Assembly: GCA_951406725.2 (NCBI GenBank)
Contig: OX597835.1
Location: 19,406,001 to 19,470,000 of the forward strand
DNA: 64,000 nt
Origin: Octopus vulgaris
Lineage: Eukaryota
Reading direction: 5' to 3'
The notes under the pieces: generated by a model
What the model saw: the letters and a program-made list of their open reading frames with translations, nothing else
Told to the model about the DNA's origin: nothing
The model's database searches: none
In this document: positions 28,306 to 49,954 of the stretch, in pieces
How the letters are laid out: each line of letters opens with the position of its first letter
How positions within the stretch are numbered: the first letter of the stretch is position 1
Made by a program: the position numbers and the translations under genes

Positions 28306-28913
28306 TACATAAATCTAATTTGAATTTAAAGAAAATCAAGGATTTGAATGTAGACGTTAAATGCAGTTTCCAAACCTTCTTTCAGGGAATGTCCCAGCTT
28401 GTACCTCTGCGGAACAGATTCACCACTTATGGCTGTCAGGCGTCATTAACGATACTTTCCATTCATCTTTGTAACTAGTCCCGAAATTCCAGGGTGCACG
28501 TAGGGCATATTTTAAAGATTAATGTAGAAGATTGAGTATAACAAAAATCGTTTTTTGTCCTAGTGGACATGGAATAATGCAAGGCACAACTCCTTGAATG
28601 AGAATAATAGGTGTGTGTTCACAGATTTACATTTCGATTCCGCTTCGGGGTAAATGGTGGTATTGATATTCATGTTAAAGGACTTGTCTTGTATTTTTGT
28701 ATTTTGTTTCCTCATCAAATTACCCTCACTGGCACAAATGCATCCGAATTGCTAGAATCTCTAAATGCCACCATTTTCTAGATCGAATGGTATGAAAAGC
28801 AAAGTCTACCTCGGCGGAATTTGAACTCGGAATGTAAAGACGGACAAAATAAAGCTAGGTATTTCTCCAGGCGTGTCCGCTCGTCGCCTTTATCTAGCTG
28901 ATATAATTAACAG

Positions 28914-29235
28914 AGTGGAGGCGCAATGGCGCAGTGGTTAGGGCAGCAGACTCGCGGTCGGAGCATCGCAGTTTCGATTCCCAGTTTCGATGTGTGTGTT
29001 TATTGAGCGAAAACACCAAAAAAGTTCGACGAGGCGCCGGCAGGAGGTGGTGGCGACCTCTGTTGTACTCTTTCGCCACAACTTTCTCTCTCACTCTCTT
29101 CCTGTGTCTTGAGTAACGGTGCGATGGAATGGCGTTCAATCCAGCTGGGGGGGGGGGGGGGCACATACGCCATAGAAACCGGGAAACCGGCCCCACGAGC
29201 CTGGCTAATCTTGCAAAGGGCGCATAAATAAATAA
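28914..29235 (+). mobile_element. SINE with type C head and an alternative 3' tail
   Basis: 11-bp TSD ATAATTAACAG (28903-28913 and 29236-29246) and a (TAAA)n tail. Confidence 0.85.
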
Positions 29236-29969
29236 ATAATTAACAGCAACATAACCATCAAAATAGAAAAAAAGTTTAAATAAATATCATTTATTATGAT
29301 GCTTCTAGAATATTCTCATAATCAAGTAAGACACAATCATCATAACAGACATACACTACTTCAGTGTATATTGGAGTTATTTTTCATATTTATTTGTCAC
29401 TTTATTATTGAATAACACTTTTCTCACAATAACGCACATTGAACTAAGTCCTAAACAAAACACAAAGTTAAATCAATAAAGGAAAACTATATTATTTGAT
29501 CTGCGAATATATGCAGTGCTATTTTGTATTTGTCGTTTCAGAAAAATATGGAAATATTAGCCTTGAACTTCTATTTCAAGAATTTTACATCCAATATTTT
29601 GCCAACATGTCCAGTTTCCGACTAATATTAATCTACAAATGTCATTAGGAAATACGCTGGTAAACAGCAAGGCTGCATCGCAGGTATTTGCAATTTGAAA
29701 TTGCCCTTGGCAAATCTACAGCTTTTTCGTGGGCGTCATCGAAGCACGCATACGCTTATATACATAAGTATACATACAGACATACCCGGAGACACTCACG
29801 CAAACGCATGAAGACACACTTATGCAAAACGATACGAATAAGGATTAAAATAACTATACTCGAAAACTGTTATAAGTTTTCAGAACTGAAGTCATGAAAC
29901 TCTTTCTCTCCCTATCTCACACCTATATTTAGGTACACACAAACATAGCTGCACATATATATGCATACA

Positions 29970-30070
<101 letters not shown>

Positions 30071-30209
30071 TTATACACACATACACATATGTATATACAA
30101 TATATGTACACAGAAACTGGAAAATTTGGTAAATTTCTATTCGCAGATGCATTATGAACATGATTGTTGATGCTGCTGTTGTTGTTATTATTATTATTAT
30201 TATTATTAA

Positions 30210-30260
<51 letters not shown>

Positions 30261-30504
30261 CATTATTATTATTATTATTATCAAGAATATACATTTTTGA
30301 ATCCAATTAATGATAATAATAATGATGTTATAATAGTAATGATGATGATAATAATGATAATAGTAATTATAATGATGATAATAATAACAATTATAATAAT
30401 AGTGTTAATAATAGTAATAATGATGATAATAATAATATAGGATTGATTTAACCTCTCCAGAAGATATAGAAGCAAAAGAATCGCCATTGTCAAGTGAACG
30501 ATAA

Positions 30505-30847
30505 GTGTAAAGACCCCCTTCGGTCATGAATGACCATGGGATTGCACCTAGAAAGTTACCCTCCTAAACACAAGTCCGGGCAAGGTTGTTTATGGAAGGC
30601 CAGCAGTCGCCCAGACATACCAGCCTCCCCTCTCCACGCCACCAGCGTTATCCAAGGGAAAGGCAAAGGGGCTGATACAGCTTGGCACCAGTGACGTCGC
30701 AACTCATTTCTACAGCTGAGTGAACTGGAGCAACGTGAAATAAAGTGCCTTGCTCGAGAACACAACACGCAGCCCGGTCCGGGATTCGAGCTCACAACCT
30801 CACGATCGTAAGCTCGACGCTCTAACCACTGAGCCATGCGCCTTCAC
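30505..30847 (-). mobile_element. tRNA-derived SINE type D, full length
   Basis: Minus strand GGCGCATGGCTCAGTGG..GAGCTCGAATCCC. TSD GTGAAC(G/A)ATAA at 30494-30504 and 30848-30858. Confidence 0.9.
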
Positions 30848-30853
30848 GTGAAC

Positions 30854-30888
<35 letters not shown>

Positions 30889-30889
<1 letters not shown>

Positions 30890-31552
30890 CTGGGTAATCT
30901 GTAAAAACCTGGATTTGCCCCATGAAAAAAACTGGTGGGAACACAAACCACCCCCAGTGCTTGAAAATGACCACATCTCACTCCTCTGGAACTTCACCAT
31001 TCAAACTGACAGAAAGATAGATGCAAATAGGCCAGACATCATATTGAAAGACTTCAAACAAAGAACATGCCTACTCATTGATATGACTGTCCCAATCGAT
31101 ATAAACGTATCTGCCAAGACCTACCAAAAACTGAGCAAATATAAAGATCTTGAAATAGAAATCAGCAAAATGTGGAACCTGAAGACTAAAACAATACCTG
31201 TTGTCATAGGTGCCCTGGGAATGATAGCAAAAGGGGCTGATAGCTACTTAGCTCAGATACCAGGAAACCCCAAAATGGCAGAAATTCAAAAGATAGTGCT
31301 CATGGGAACTGCTCATATCCTACGCAAAATACTTTCTATGTAATCTCAAGGTTTAAAACAAACATAATTTTCGGTTTAAAAAAAATAAAAAAAATAAAAA
31401 TAAAAAAACCCCCTTTTTTTAGACATTCACCCCCCAAATATATGGCACACTAGGCATAACAACAACATGAACTTCCAACCCTGTTGTCTCTTGAGGTCTC
31501 TGGGTGAGACTTGGAGCCAACTTGTACAAATATAAAGCAAAAGTCAAACATA

Positions 31553-31553
<1 letters not shown>
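30889..31553 (+). mobile_element. 5'-truncated R4/Dong-clade non-LTR retrotransposon inserted in (AAT)n
   Basis: Flanked by (AAT)n on both sides. Encodes a restriction-like endonuclease C-terminus followed by a 3' UTR. Confidence 0.9.
30891..31343 (+). pseudogene. Uninterrupted C-terminal restriction-like endonuclease domain of an R4/Dong ORF
   Basis: LLWNFTIQTDRKIDANRPDII..LLIDMTVP..KLSKYKDL..IPVVIGALG..QKIVLMGTAHILRKIL contains the RPD..D..K..KY motif. Confidence 0.9.
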
Positions 31554-31622
<69 letters not shown>

Positions 31623-31623
<1 letters not shown>

Positions 31624-31722
31624 TATTGAGAAGTACATGTAAAAAATAGGGGCTGCATTAGATATGGAGCAGTTGCAGAAAACTACATTGCGTGGAACCA
31701 CTCGAATACTCCGAAAGTACAT
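31623..31722 (+). pseudogene. Older Dong-like ORF 3' end
   Basis: IEKYM*KIGAALDMEQLQKTTLRGTTRILRKY immediately after (AAT)n. An inverted copy lies at 32914-33013. Confidence 0.7.
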
Positions 31723-32139
31723 CTCCAGCGTTAGAAGCTGTGCAAGGGCTATAATAATAAGATAATTGTGCAACCCTGATAATATAAATATGATTGAAAA
31801 CATTCAATATAGTTATGTACAAGGAAAATTTGAAGACAAATATTATGACGTAATATCATTTTTGAATCTATGAAGATATGCCGTTAGGATAAAATCTATA
31901 TTTTCTGTAGACACACACACACACACTAACGAGGCTTTGGTCGACCCGGGGCTATAATTTGCGCCGTTTGTCCAAGTTTTTTATGCTGTGTGACTGAACT
32001 CAGAAAATGTATTTGGTATGCAATCTGCTTACCTCTCAGCCACGCTATATGTTTGTATGTGTCTGTTCGGGTGCATGTGCTTCTCGCGTCCACCGCTTGA
32101 TAAATCCAGTTGTTCTTATACGTTTCTTTATTTTCTTTT

Positions 32140-32555
32140 TTTCTTTTTACTTGTTTCAGTCATTTGACTGCGGCCATGCTGGAGCACCGCCTTTTAGTCG
32201 AGCAAATCGACCCCGGGACTTATTCTTTGTAAGCCCAGTACTTGTTCTGTCGTTCTCTTTTTGCCGAACCGCTAAGTGACGGGGACGTAAACACACCAGC
32301 ATCGGTTGTCAAGCAATGCTAGAGGAACAAACACAGACACACAAACATATACAGACACATATATATATATATATATATATACATATATACGACAGGCTTC
32401 TTTCAGTTTCCGTCTACCAAATCCACTCACAAGGCTTTGGTCGGCCCGAGGCTATAGCAGAAGACACTTGCCCAAGATGCCACGCAGTGGGACTGAACCC
32501 GGAACCATGTGGTTGGTTAGCAAGCTACTTACCACAGAGCCACTCCTGCGCCTGT
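32140..32555 (-). mobile_element. SINE type B, full length
   Basis: Minus strand GGCGCAGGAGTGGCTCTGTGGTAAG..GGTTCAGTCCC, core-like segment and tail. Confidence 0.9.
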
Positions 32556-32913
32556 AAATTATTGATTAACATCTGTGGTCGATTTTTACTGAGGTCAATC
32601 TGTGCGATTAAACTCTTGAAGATAGTTCCCCAAGATGTACGCACTCCAATTACTGAAATGTATATATAATATAGAAATAAAATATAGCATTTGCGTTTTT
32701 TTCTCATTCCTTTAGGTATTTTTCTCCACTTAGACATGGGTCTTATTTAAGAACAAATCATACTGCGATAAATACCATGCGAGAAACATTGATATCAGCG
32801 ATTGGTGCGAAATATACATTTGTTTATATCGCTTGCAAGCTCAATCGAGATACCAGCATCTGTTCTGATATTGTTTTCTATATATCACTGGAAGGGAGAT
32901 AAGTCGCTACTAT

Positions 32914-33020
32914 ATGTACTTCCAGAGTATTCGATTGGTTCCACGCAATGTAGTTTTCTGCAAGTGCTCCATATCTAATGCAGCCCCTATTTGTTAGATG
33001 TATTTCTCAAGATATTATTA

Positions 33021-33086
<66 letters not shown>

Positions 33087-33318
33087 CATTATTATCGTTC
33101 ACTTGATGACAATGGCGATTTTTTTTGCTTCTATATCTTCTGGAGAGGTTAAATCAATCCTATATTATTATTATCATCATTATTACTATTATTAACACTA
33201 TTATTATAATTGTTATTATCATCATTATAATTACTATTATCATTATTATCATCATCATTACTATTATAACATCATTATTATTATCATTAATTGGATTAAA
33301 AAATGTATGATATTCTTG

Positions 33319-33376
<58 letters not shown>

Positions 33377-33455
33377 CAACAGCAGCATCAACAATTATGT
33401 TCATAATGCATCTGCTGTGCTCTAATGATACATGTGTATCAGCGAATAGAAATTT
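32914..33455 (-). repeat. Inverted duplicate of 30131-31722 lacking the SINE D and young Dong insertions
   Basis: Collinear reverse-complement match on both sides of the insertion sites. Confidence 0.9.
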
Positions 33456-33570
33456 GCGGTCGTGCATCCATTATTGACAAGACCAAGAAATCACGTGATA
33501 TAGTGGTCTCAATGCTGGAGGTGGCGAGTATATTTATGACCCCGCTAGTGATATAAACAAGTGTTTATAA

Positions 33571-34017
33571 AGGCGGCGAGCTGGCAGAAACGTTAGCACG
33601 CCGGGCGAAATGCATAAAGTTATTTCGTCTGCCGCTATGTTCTAAGTTCAAATTCCGCTGAGGTCGACTTTGCCTTTCATCCTTTCGGGGTGGATTAAAT
33701 AAGTACCAGTTACACACTGGGGTCGATATAATCGACATAATCCGTTTGTCTGTCCTTGTTTTCCCATCTGTGTGTAGTCCCTTGTGGGCAGTAATGAAAT
33801 AAGAAACGTTAGCACTCCGGGCGAAATGCATAACCTTATTTCGTCTGCCGCTACGTTCTAAGTTCAAATTCCGCTGAGGTCGACTTTGCCTTTCATCCTT
33901 TCGGGGTGGATTAAATAAGTACCAGTTACACACGGGGGTCGATATAATCGACTTAATCCGGTTGTCTGTCCTTGTTTGCCCTCTCTGTGCTTAGTCCATT
34001 GTGGGTAGTAAAGAAAC
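33571..34017 (+). mobile_element. SINE A tandem dimer
   Basis: Two near-identical units sharing private variants (GGGGTGGATTAAATAAG, TTCTAAGTT). Confidence 0.9.
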
Positions 34018-34192
34018 AGTTATAAGCAAGTGTGCATTTTTCACCAAAATATAGATAGATACATACATATATATATATAAATAGATAGATAGAGAGATAC
34101 ATATATATGTGTGTGCTTGTGGAGGTAGCAATCTATCCGTTTATATGTGTATGCTGTATGTGTGCATGTGTGTGTGTGCGTGTGTGTGTGTG

Positions 34193-34229
<37 letters not shown>

Positions 34230-34746
34230 TAATGTTATATGCTGATAACTGATTTTTATTACTATTCAGAGACTGAAAACATATTACACAAGCAAGCATG
34301 TTGAAAGCGATGTGTGTGTTTGCACGTGTATGCGTGCTCGTATCTGTGCATGTTAGAATGTGTTGCTGTATAAATACATGCATATTAATGTCCATATATA
34401 TCTATATATTTATATATATATATATACATGTATATACATACATGTGTATGTTATACATACGCACATGTTATATACACCCCACACACGTATATGTAGATAT
34501 ACGCATACAAGAGTACTCATACGCACCCGTATTATCACTCACAAGCACACAAAGAGATTCATATGTATAAAATAGTAGGGAGACATGCAAGCCAACAACT
34601 ATATACCCTTATGACCCACATGAAAGCCAAATAATGGGAGGAAATTGTAAAAGCGTCACCTATCATAACATTAACAGATTTACATGACAATAAATATAAA
34701 ACAAAAAAAGGGAAATAAAAATAAATAACCATAACAATAATAATGA

Positions 34747-41265
<6,519 letters not shown>

Positions 41266-41381
41266 TGTCGATGGTAGGAAGTGAAAATAAGAAAATGGAC
41301 AGCAATAATAAAATCAACTGTATTAATGATTATAAATAAATGATCAAATATAAGCTGATGAAACACAAAGAACGTATTTGG

Positions 41382-41443
<62 letters not shown>

Positions 41444-41455
41444 TTATATATATAC

Positions 41456-41524
<69 letters not shown>

Positions 41525-42485
41525 CGTATATATACATATATATATATATACAGAAATATATGGAGCCAGAAACATTAATATATAGATGCAAACATATGCA
41601 TACACGCCACAAAAGCACTAATGTAACAGCTGCTATAAAATAATTCCTTTGAATCCACTTTTTATCTGACTTCGGTTCTGCTTCATTTTTTTATTTTTCT
41701 TGTTTGTTTTTGGTTCTACTTACTGCTTTCTAATTCGATCTAACTATTCTCTTGTTTATTTGCCTTTCATACAACATTATAGACATCCTGCGTTTGCCTA
41801 ATTCCCCGAGTCCCCAATCATCCGAGTGATCCACCTTCTCTCCGATGCACCTGTAATGTGATTCACTGATTATTAATTCATTACTATAAGGTTTTTAGTA
41901 GGTATCTTACTATTGGCATAGAAACACACAGCAGGTTGTATGCAATTTCTGAAAGCTTTCCTGCCGCTGGAATTGCGTTTATATTAACACTAATGTTCGT
42001 ATTACGCTTAGCTTAGCGTTATTAGTGTGTGTTTAAGTTTGAGCGTGTGAAAATATGTTTGTGTGTGAATACATATATACTTTTTCCAATTTGCGTATAC
42101 GTATAGAGATATATCGATTGTTGCTGTACATATTTATATATAAATATATATATATATATATATCTAGAAAAGAACAAGCTATTTTACATACTGTTACTCT
42201 TTTACTTGTTTCAGTCATTTGACTGCGGCCATGCTGGAGCAACGCCTTTTTTTTTTTAGTCGAGCAAATCGGCCCCAGAACTTATTCATTGTAAGCCTGG
42301 TACTTATTCTATCGGTCTCTTTTGCCGAACCGCTAAGTTATGGGGACGTAAACACACCAGCACCGGTTATCAAGTGATACATACACGCATGCAGAAGAAC
42401 ATACGGAAATAATCACTCCCTCTAGTAATACGTTGGTATACCTGCGTGTGTGTATGTATATACATGCATTTGTCAATGCATATAC

Positions 42486-42555
<70 letters not shown>

Positions 42556-42676
42556 GTGTGTATCTTTATATCTACGTGTGTATGAATTAATTTATTTTAA
42601 TATTATCTCAACAGTTTTCAAGAAATACAGTTCAATATATGCAGCATACATTTCAATGCAGATTATTAAATAAATT

Positions 42677-43076
42677 GTGGAGGCGCAATGGCCCAGTGGT
42701 TAGGGCAGTGGACTCGCGGTCGTAGGATCGCGGTCGTAGGATCGCGGTTTCGATTCCCAGACCGGGCGTTGTGAGTGTTTATTGAGCGAAAACACCGAAA
42801 GCTCCACGAGGCTCCGGCAGGGGATGGTGGTGATCCCTGCTGTACTCTTTCACCAGAACTTTCTCTCACTCTTACTTCCTGTTTCTGTTGTACCTGTATT
42901 TCAAAGGGCCGGCCTTGTCACTCTCTGTGTCACGCTGAATATCCCCGAGAACTACGTTAAGGGTACACGTGTCTGTGGAGTGCTCAGCAACTTACACGTT
43001 AATTTCACGAGCAGGCTGTTCCGTTGATTCGGATCAACCGGAACCCTCGTCGTCGTAACCGACGGAGTGCTTCCAC
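42677..43076 (+). mobile_element. SINE type C, full length
   Basis: Perfect 12-bp TSD ATTAAATAAATT (42665-42676 and 43077-43088) and a short internal tandem duplication in the tRNA head. Confidence 0.95.
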
Positions 43077-43356
43077 ATTAAATAAATTAGTTAAAATTAT
43101 ATGTAAGTGAATTGCGAAAATTAGCCCCCATAGTATCCTTGGCAAATGGGCTGAGGGAGAAGACACCTTTGTACTTCTAGGTGTGAAGAAGAAACATGTT
43201 CCACGCTTATGAGCGTGAAAGGTCTTCCTGTGTATATCGAAACAAAAACATATATTCTTGCATAGAGCAGATGGAATCATTTGATTCTTTCTAAGTCACT
43301 GACTTAGTATATTTACATGTATAACTATGTGTATAAGGTATATTCATATGTATATA

Positions 43357-43576
43357 CTGTTGTGTCTGGTGAGAGTCATTTTCTTTTGGTGCCTTATAAT
43401 TTAACACACTCACCGGTAAAATTTACACTTATTCCTTATTCAAGACCATTGAAAAAGGTTGCAAAACGCAACGAACATTTTAGAAAAATAAAAATAAGGA
43501 ATAAATGGAAATTTTACTGGTGAGTGTGTTAAATTATAAGGCACAAAAAGAAAATGACTCTCCCCAGACACAACAG
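43357..43576. mobile_element. MITE with ~84-bp terminal inverted repeats
   Basis: CTGTTGTGTCTGG..ATTCCTTATT pairs with AATAAGGAAT..CCAGACACAACAG. TA on the left flank. Confidence 0.8.
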
Positions 43577-43723
43577 AATATTCTTCAACACACGAACTCG
43601 CATAAAGAATCATGTAAACCAAATGCAAAAATGAAACATATGTATATCCACACATACATAATACATATATTTATATGCATAAATATTACATATAAACATA
43701 CACATTATATATATATATATATA

Positions 43724-44181
43724 CACAATTTAAAGGACTGACTACTAAAAGTGGACGGTCAATATGCTAGATATAGACGTCAAAATCGCTATTTTCCACG
43801 AAGAATGTGTTCTCAAGTAAAAACTCAGCACAAAACCAAAGTGTAAAAAAATAAGCAAGACAAATGAAAATATACGAAATAATAACGATTACCTATGTAC
43901 CGATCAGTTTCACTTGTATATGCACACGTGAAAATCTGCAAGCTCATCAGCATAGTCAGTTGTATACAAACATAATTTCCAGAACTAAATACCAAAACGC
44001 TTGATCGAAGTCCCGCAAGCATAGAGTTCAACAAATTATATTTATGTGTATCTTTCAAATGCCTTCACTTTGGCGCGCTGAGATCGGAAATCTACCCTTC
44101 AGTTAATAAATTACAGCGATTTTGACGTCTATATCTAACATAGTGACCGTCCACTTTTAGTGGTCAGTCCTCTAAATTTTG
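43724..44181. mobile_element. Tc1/mariner-type MITE with ~70-bp TIRs and TA target duplication
   Basis: TA^CACAATTTAAAGGACTGACTACTAAAAGTGGACGGTC.. pairs with ..GACCGTCCACTTTTAGTGGTCAGTCCTCTAAATTTTG^TA. Confidence 0.85.
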
Positions 44182-44969
44182 TATGTAAAAATATTTTAAT
44201 CTTCGGATTTCTTTAATATGCTAGGCCACTGGTTTTAATTGATTAATATCAATTTCTACCCTTATTCAATTATATATATATATGAAAAACATCACCAACA
44301 TCACCAGCGGTGGTGCCCCAGCATGACCGCGGCCTTCGGGCTAAAATATTTTAAAGGATTTTAAGGATTTAATTATTTCTTCATAACAGGTCAGATTTTA
44401 TCCATACATTTCATAATGTTTTACTATATGATTAATCTAACATACTGCAAACTATCAAAACTCCTAATTTCTAGTAATTTCTCATGATCAAGCTTATATA
44501 CGCTGGCAGAGTCGCTAGCGGGTCAGACGAAATGAAAAAAGACGTTACTTTCGGATTCATATTGTGGTATATTCATAATCCGGCAGCCATTAATTTTTGC
44601 CTTTCACCCTGTTAAGCTGCTTATATTGGGGTTGGAAAAAATCGTGTCATTATTTCCTCCTAAATTTGCTGCTTTTGCATGGAGTTTAAAATTAGTGCAA
44701 ACCGTTTCCTTCTTCTTTTTCTTCATGGTCAACCTTGCTTTCATCGATTCCAGGTCGATGAAATAAGCGTCATTTTAACAACGGTGCCATATGAAACCGA
44801 CTTGCCTCCTCCCTTCAAAATTTCTAGCCATTAATAGTAATGCTGGTACTTCTGTCGATGTGACTGCTATTGTAATTTCTATTGGTCTTAACTATTACCG
44901 CCATTGCTATTAATGTCCTTGTGACACTTGTTTCTCTCAGTTGTAGCTGTAAGAGAAATAGCAGCAGAT

Positions 44970-45048
<79 letters not shown>

Positions 45049-45183
45049 ACACAATAATATCATTATTATGACAGCTATAGCAGGAGTGAATGTAGACGTA
45101 TTTGTTGCCGCAGTAATATTGATGGATATACGCATGAATGTGAGGTTAGATGTTTGTGTGTGTGAGCGAGAGAGAGAGAGAGT

Positions 45184-45241
<58 letters not shown>

Positions 45242-45554
45242 CTTTGTACTTCTGCTTTTGTGTATATGCGTTTGTTGATGTGTGGAATATATAAACCAGG
45301 AGAATGGGAAACTCACTGGATCTAATGATATAATTTATTTTCCCAAATATTTTATATTAAATTCTCAAGTTCATAGATCAGTTGTCTTGTTATTTTAAGA
45401 TTGGTTTAATGTTATTTCAGTGAATTATACTAAAAATATTACGAATTGTCCAGAACCATACTCACAACTACTCAAGTGTGTGTATGTGAGTTTATATATT
45501 TGTACGTACGTGTGTATGTATATCTATGCATGTATATATGCATATGAATATATC

Positions 45555-45593
<39 letters not shown>

Positions 45594-45609
45594 GAAGAAA
45601 AAGACAGAG

Positions 45610-45647
<38 letters not shown>

Positions 45648-45834
45648 TGATAGATAGATAGAGTAAAAGATAGAGTGATAAATAGAGTGATAAAGTGATA
45701 GATAGAGAGATAGATAGATAGTGATAGAGTGATAGATAGAGTAATAGATAGTGATAGATAGACAGACAGATAGTGAGAGAGATAGAGATGTAGAGAGAGA
45801 TAGAGAGAGAGATGGTAGTTAGTTAGATAGATAA

Positions 45835-45870
<36 letters not shown>

Positions 45871-45879
45871 GTAGGTAGG

Positions 45880-45926
<47 letters not shown>

Positions 45927-46014
45927 GTAGATAGATGGATAGATAGATAGATAGATAGATAGGTAGATAGATGGATAGATAGAGAGATAGATAGATATAG
46001 ATAGATGGCTAGAC

Positions 46015-46058
<44 letters not shown>

Positions 46059-46090
46059 GGATAGATAGATGGATTGATAGATAGACAGAT
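45555..46090. repeat. (TA)/(GA)/(GATA) compound microsatellite
   Basis: Visible directly. Confidence 0.95.
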
Positions 46091-46871
46091 AATATCTAGA
46101 GAAATGCCAAGCAAGATGTGGAGTGAGAATGTGCGAGACAGAGAGATACTGACAGAAGGAGTGAAAGAAAATTTCTTACTTTTAGTGGCGAAGAATGCTC
46201 CATGTTACTTTTAAATCGAATTACCATTTTTAGGCAATTTCACAATGGAATGACGACGAAAAATTATAAAACCATGTTATAATTAAATCTTCGCTTTGGT
46301 TTCAAACTATTTCTGAGCTGGTTTTATACATTCATATAATTTTATCTCGGTTGTATTTGAGATATACATTTGATATTTTTATCTATTTGCTTTACAATGA
46401 AAATATCAAATTTATTTATTTCCATATATATTTTTCTGTCGTTTTTCTTTTTCCTGAAATTCGTACATTTAATTTGTTTTTTATTTTAATTATATCTTCT
46501 GCTATTGAAGACATAACATTGATGTTTGCATAAATTTGTATCAGTGCCGTTTGTCTAATTTCTACTTGTCTGGCTATAATATAAATACATTCGTACACAC
46601 ACACACCTACTTATATAGGTATGTCCATATATAAATATGTATGTATACGCATATATACATACATACATATATATATATATATACACACACATACATACCT
46701 ACAAGTATACATATTCATCTACGTTTATAATATACATGTACGAATATATGTATATACATACATATATATATATACATACATATATATACATATATATATA
46801 CATATATATGCATATATATATACATACCTACAAATGTACATATTTATCTACGTACATATACATGCATGAGT

Positions 46872-46916
<45 letters not shown>

Positions 46917-46982
46917 TACATATTTATATATAATACACATATATACCAATATAAATATATATTTATATGTATGTATACCTAT

Positions 46983-47041
<59 letters not shown>

Positions 47042-48344
47042 TACATATATTTTTGTATGTATATTCACGTGTGTATACGCACGTCAGTACATAGGTTGAT
47101 TCGTATTTGCTGATATATCCACCCCTGTCTTGTCGCATTCCTGCGTTTATCACTGCTCACGTAACTGAAATACGATGGAAAATAGATATTTATAGTATAA
47201 AATATTTATAGATTATCAGTTATAAGTTGCAAAGTACTATAATTTACACATTAAATATGAGACAATTGAAAAATAATGGGAATATATTTAAAGAAAACAT
47301 ATGTAATATACAGCATACTAATAAAGATATATATGTTTTTCATTTCTGTTATATTTGCTAATTTCTCTTCCATGTATGCGATTCATTATTTTCAATTTTG
47401 TTTTATATTCGGTGTTTCTGTTCTAACCAGTAGTCAACTATCGACAAATATTTTATTTTGTGCATTCATTTATATATAAATTCATGTCATAAGTAAATTT
47501 ACGTTATAAATGTTCCACTCTTGTCTATCGTAATTAGATACGTGTATCGCATTCAATGGCAAAGGGTGGAGAGTGTTTTTCTGAATTATCTGAAATATGT
47601 ACAACCTATATTTGCATTGAGTACATGGGGGATAAGGAACGCACACACACTCACACACACACACACTCACACACAGACAAACTCACACACACACAGAGGT
47701 ATATATCATGTGCGTATATGCCTTGGAACTTCCATATGGGAACTTCGGTACTCGTCTCCGTTTGGGTTTGAATACACGAGGTTTCACGAGATTGTACAGG
47801 GTTTCAAAATGAATAAATAAATACAAATCATAGTGTCATAAAGAAACATCAGTTGTTGTCTCCTTGCATTAACCCTTGGGATTTTGCAAATCTCATGTAA
47901 GGTCGTGCATACACAACCTTCATTATACAGTTTCATATATATATATACATTTGACACATCATCGAAGTGGACTACAGCAAAGAATAAAAAGAAATCTGTT
48001 TTCCTCTACGGTTGCATATTAATGGATATAACACAAGACTTTACGTTAGACATATCAACAGTGAAGTCATTCATGTAGACTTTTTGGTGACTAATTCGTC
48101 ACTAAGACACTGGTGTTTAGTGATTATGTTGTTCACTGTATGAGTATTAGCTGATGGGCAAAAATGACCGAGTACCGCATTTAGAACTTGATAAAGAAGG
48201 TTCGTGCCCGATTGCTTCACCTTAATCAGCTCTATAACCATTCATTTTAAATTTTAGCAGAAGGCCAACAATTTGGGGTGAGATAGTAAGTCGATTACAT
48301 CGACCTCGGTGCTCAACTAGTCCTTATTTTATTGACTCTGAAAC

Positions 48345-48598
48345 GCTCCAACTGCTATGATTTCATCTGAAACGAAGGAGAGGGGAGTTCTCCGTTCGGG
48401 TTGCGGATCCGTGGAATAAGCTGCCGGACGAGATAGTGAAGATGCCGACGACCGCTCGGTTCAAAGTCTCTCTTGACCAGAAATGGCCTGAACTCTTTGC
48501 ATGAACACCCTCCCTGTACATAACTCCATGTCCCCCTACATGGACTTGCTTTTTGCTTTTTGAGCCAAAAAATTAACGTAACTTAACCTAACCTAACC
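48345..48598 (+). mobile_element. CR1-like LINE 3' end
   Basis: 48361-48504 encodes FHLKRRRGEFSVRVADPWNKLPDEIVKMPTTARFKVSLDQKW, matching the FS.RV...WN.LP..V.....FK..LD motif. Short 3' UTR and a (TAACC)n-like tail. Confidence 0.85.
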
Positions 48599-49468
48599 TG
48601 ACTCCAAAATTATGAATACCACAGTTCAATCGTCCTCATCATATAATACACATCAGCACACGGAATTTTTAAAATGATGGAAATTAGTTATTCGTGAAAT
48701 CCGATGATATCACTCAGCGATCGACAGTGGAATCGCTTAAATAAAGAATACACCAGAAACAATATAAATTGAAGCTCAATAATCAATTAAAGCAAAGCTG
48801 TAGCAATAAGAATATTAATAAGAACACACGATCTTCTGAAAACTTCAATAAATGTTTGTATTTACCCTATGCTTAGAGATGTGAATTATAAATATTAAGG
48901 AAAATACAATATATTTATTCACACATAGAACTCGATTATCGTATAGCTTAGAGCGAATAAATAAATACGAAGATACCCCAAATAAGTAACCTTAACCAAT
49001 TCAAGAAACTGGTATTTGGAGAGATATTTATAATTTACTGCTCCAAATAAGTTAAATACGAACTTGTTTATGCTTTTTGCCGTAGGACGTTTCAGCATAA
49101 CACACACACACACTCACACACATACACATAAACTTACACACACACACACACACACAAAAAAAAAAAAAACGAATGGATTAATAAGGAATATTTCCAAAAT
49201 GTGTTTAAAATGAATTCTTTCATTTGTCCTCTGGCTGAAAAAATATTTTCGTCAGGTCTTATAACTATCTTACAACGAGAAAAACAATTGCGTTGGCGCT
49301 TGCTATATGCATCTATTTAAAAATATATCCTTTGGGTTGTTTACCATACTGTTCATCTGCATAGACTTTATATAAACACATATATACATATGTACCATTA
49401 AATATCTGTATGTATTAATCTATCTAACAAGAAATACACCCCCCATACGCACACACATAGACGCACAG

Positions 49469-49522
<54 letters not shown>

Positions 49523-49603
49523 GCATAAATTTATGTTCAATATCATATATATGTAGATGCCTAAATATATACTCGTACATATGTATATATCATGTATGTA
49601 TAG

Positions 49604-49670
<67 letters not shown>

Positions 49671-49875
49671 GTATAGGGAGAGTTTACGAAAAAAACAAAA
49701 CAAAAAACGAAGACAGGTTGTGTACAAAACAAACAGATGTATTAGTATAACGCTCAGGAATAGAAAAAGCCTTTTATGTTTCGAGCCTACGCTCTTCTAC
49801 AGAAAGGGACACAGAAAAAACAAGGAGAGAAACAAGGAGAGAAAAAATGTGTGTGTGGCTAACGATCTATCATGG

Positions 49876-49878
<3 letters not shown>
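49671..49878 (-). mobile_element. Hammerhead-bearing short element, family H2, inserted in (TA)n
   Basis: (TA)n on both sides and homologous to 59901-60134. Motif CCTTT-CTGTAGA-A-GAGC(GTAG)GCTC-GAAAC-ATA-AAAGG at 49770-49807. Confidence 0.7.
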
Positions 49879-49954
<76 letters not shown>

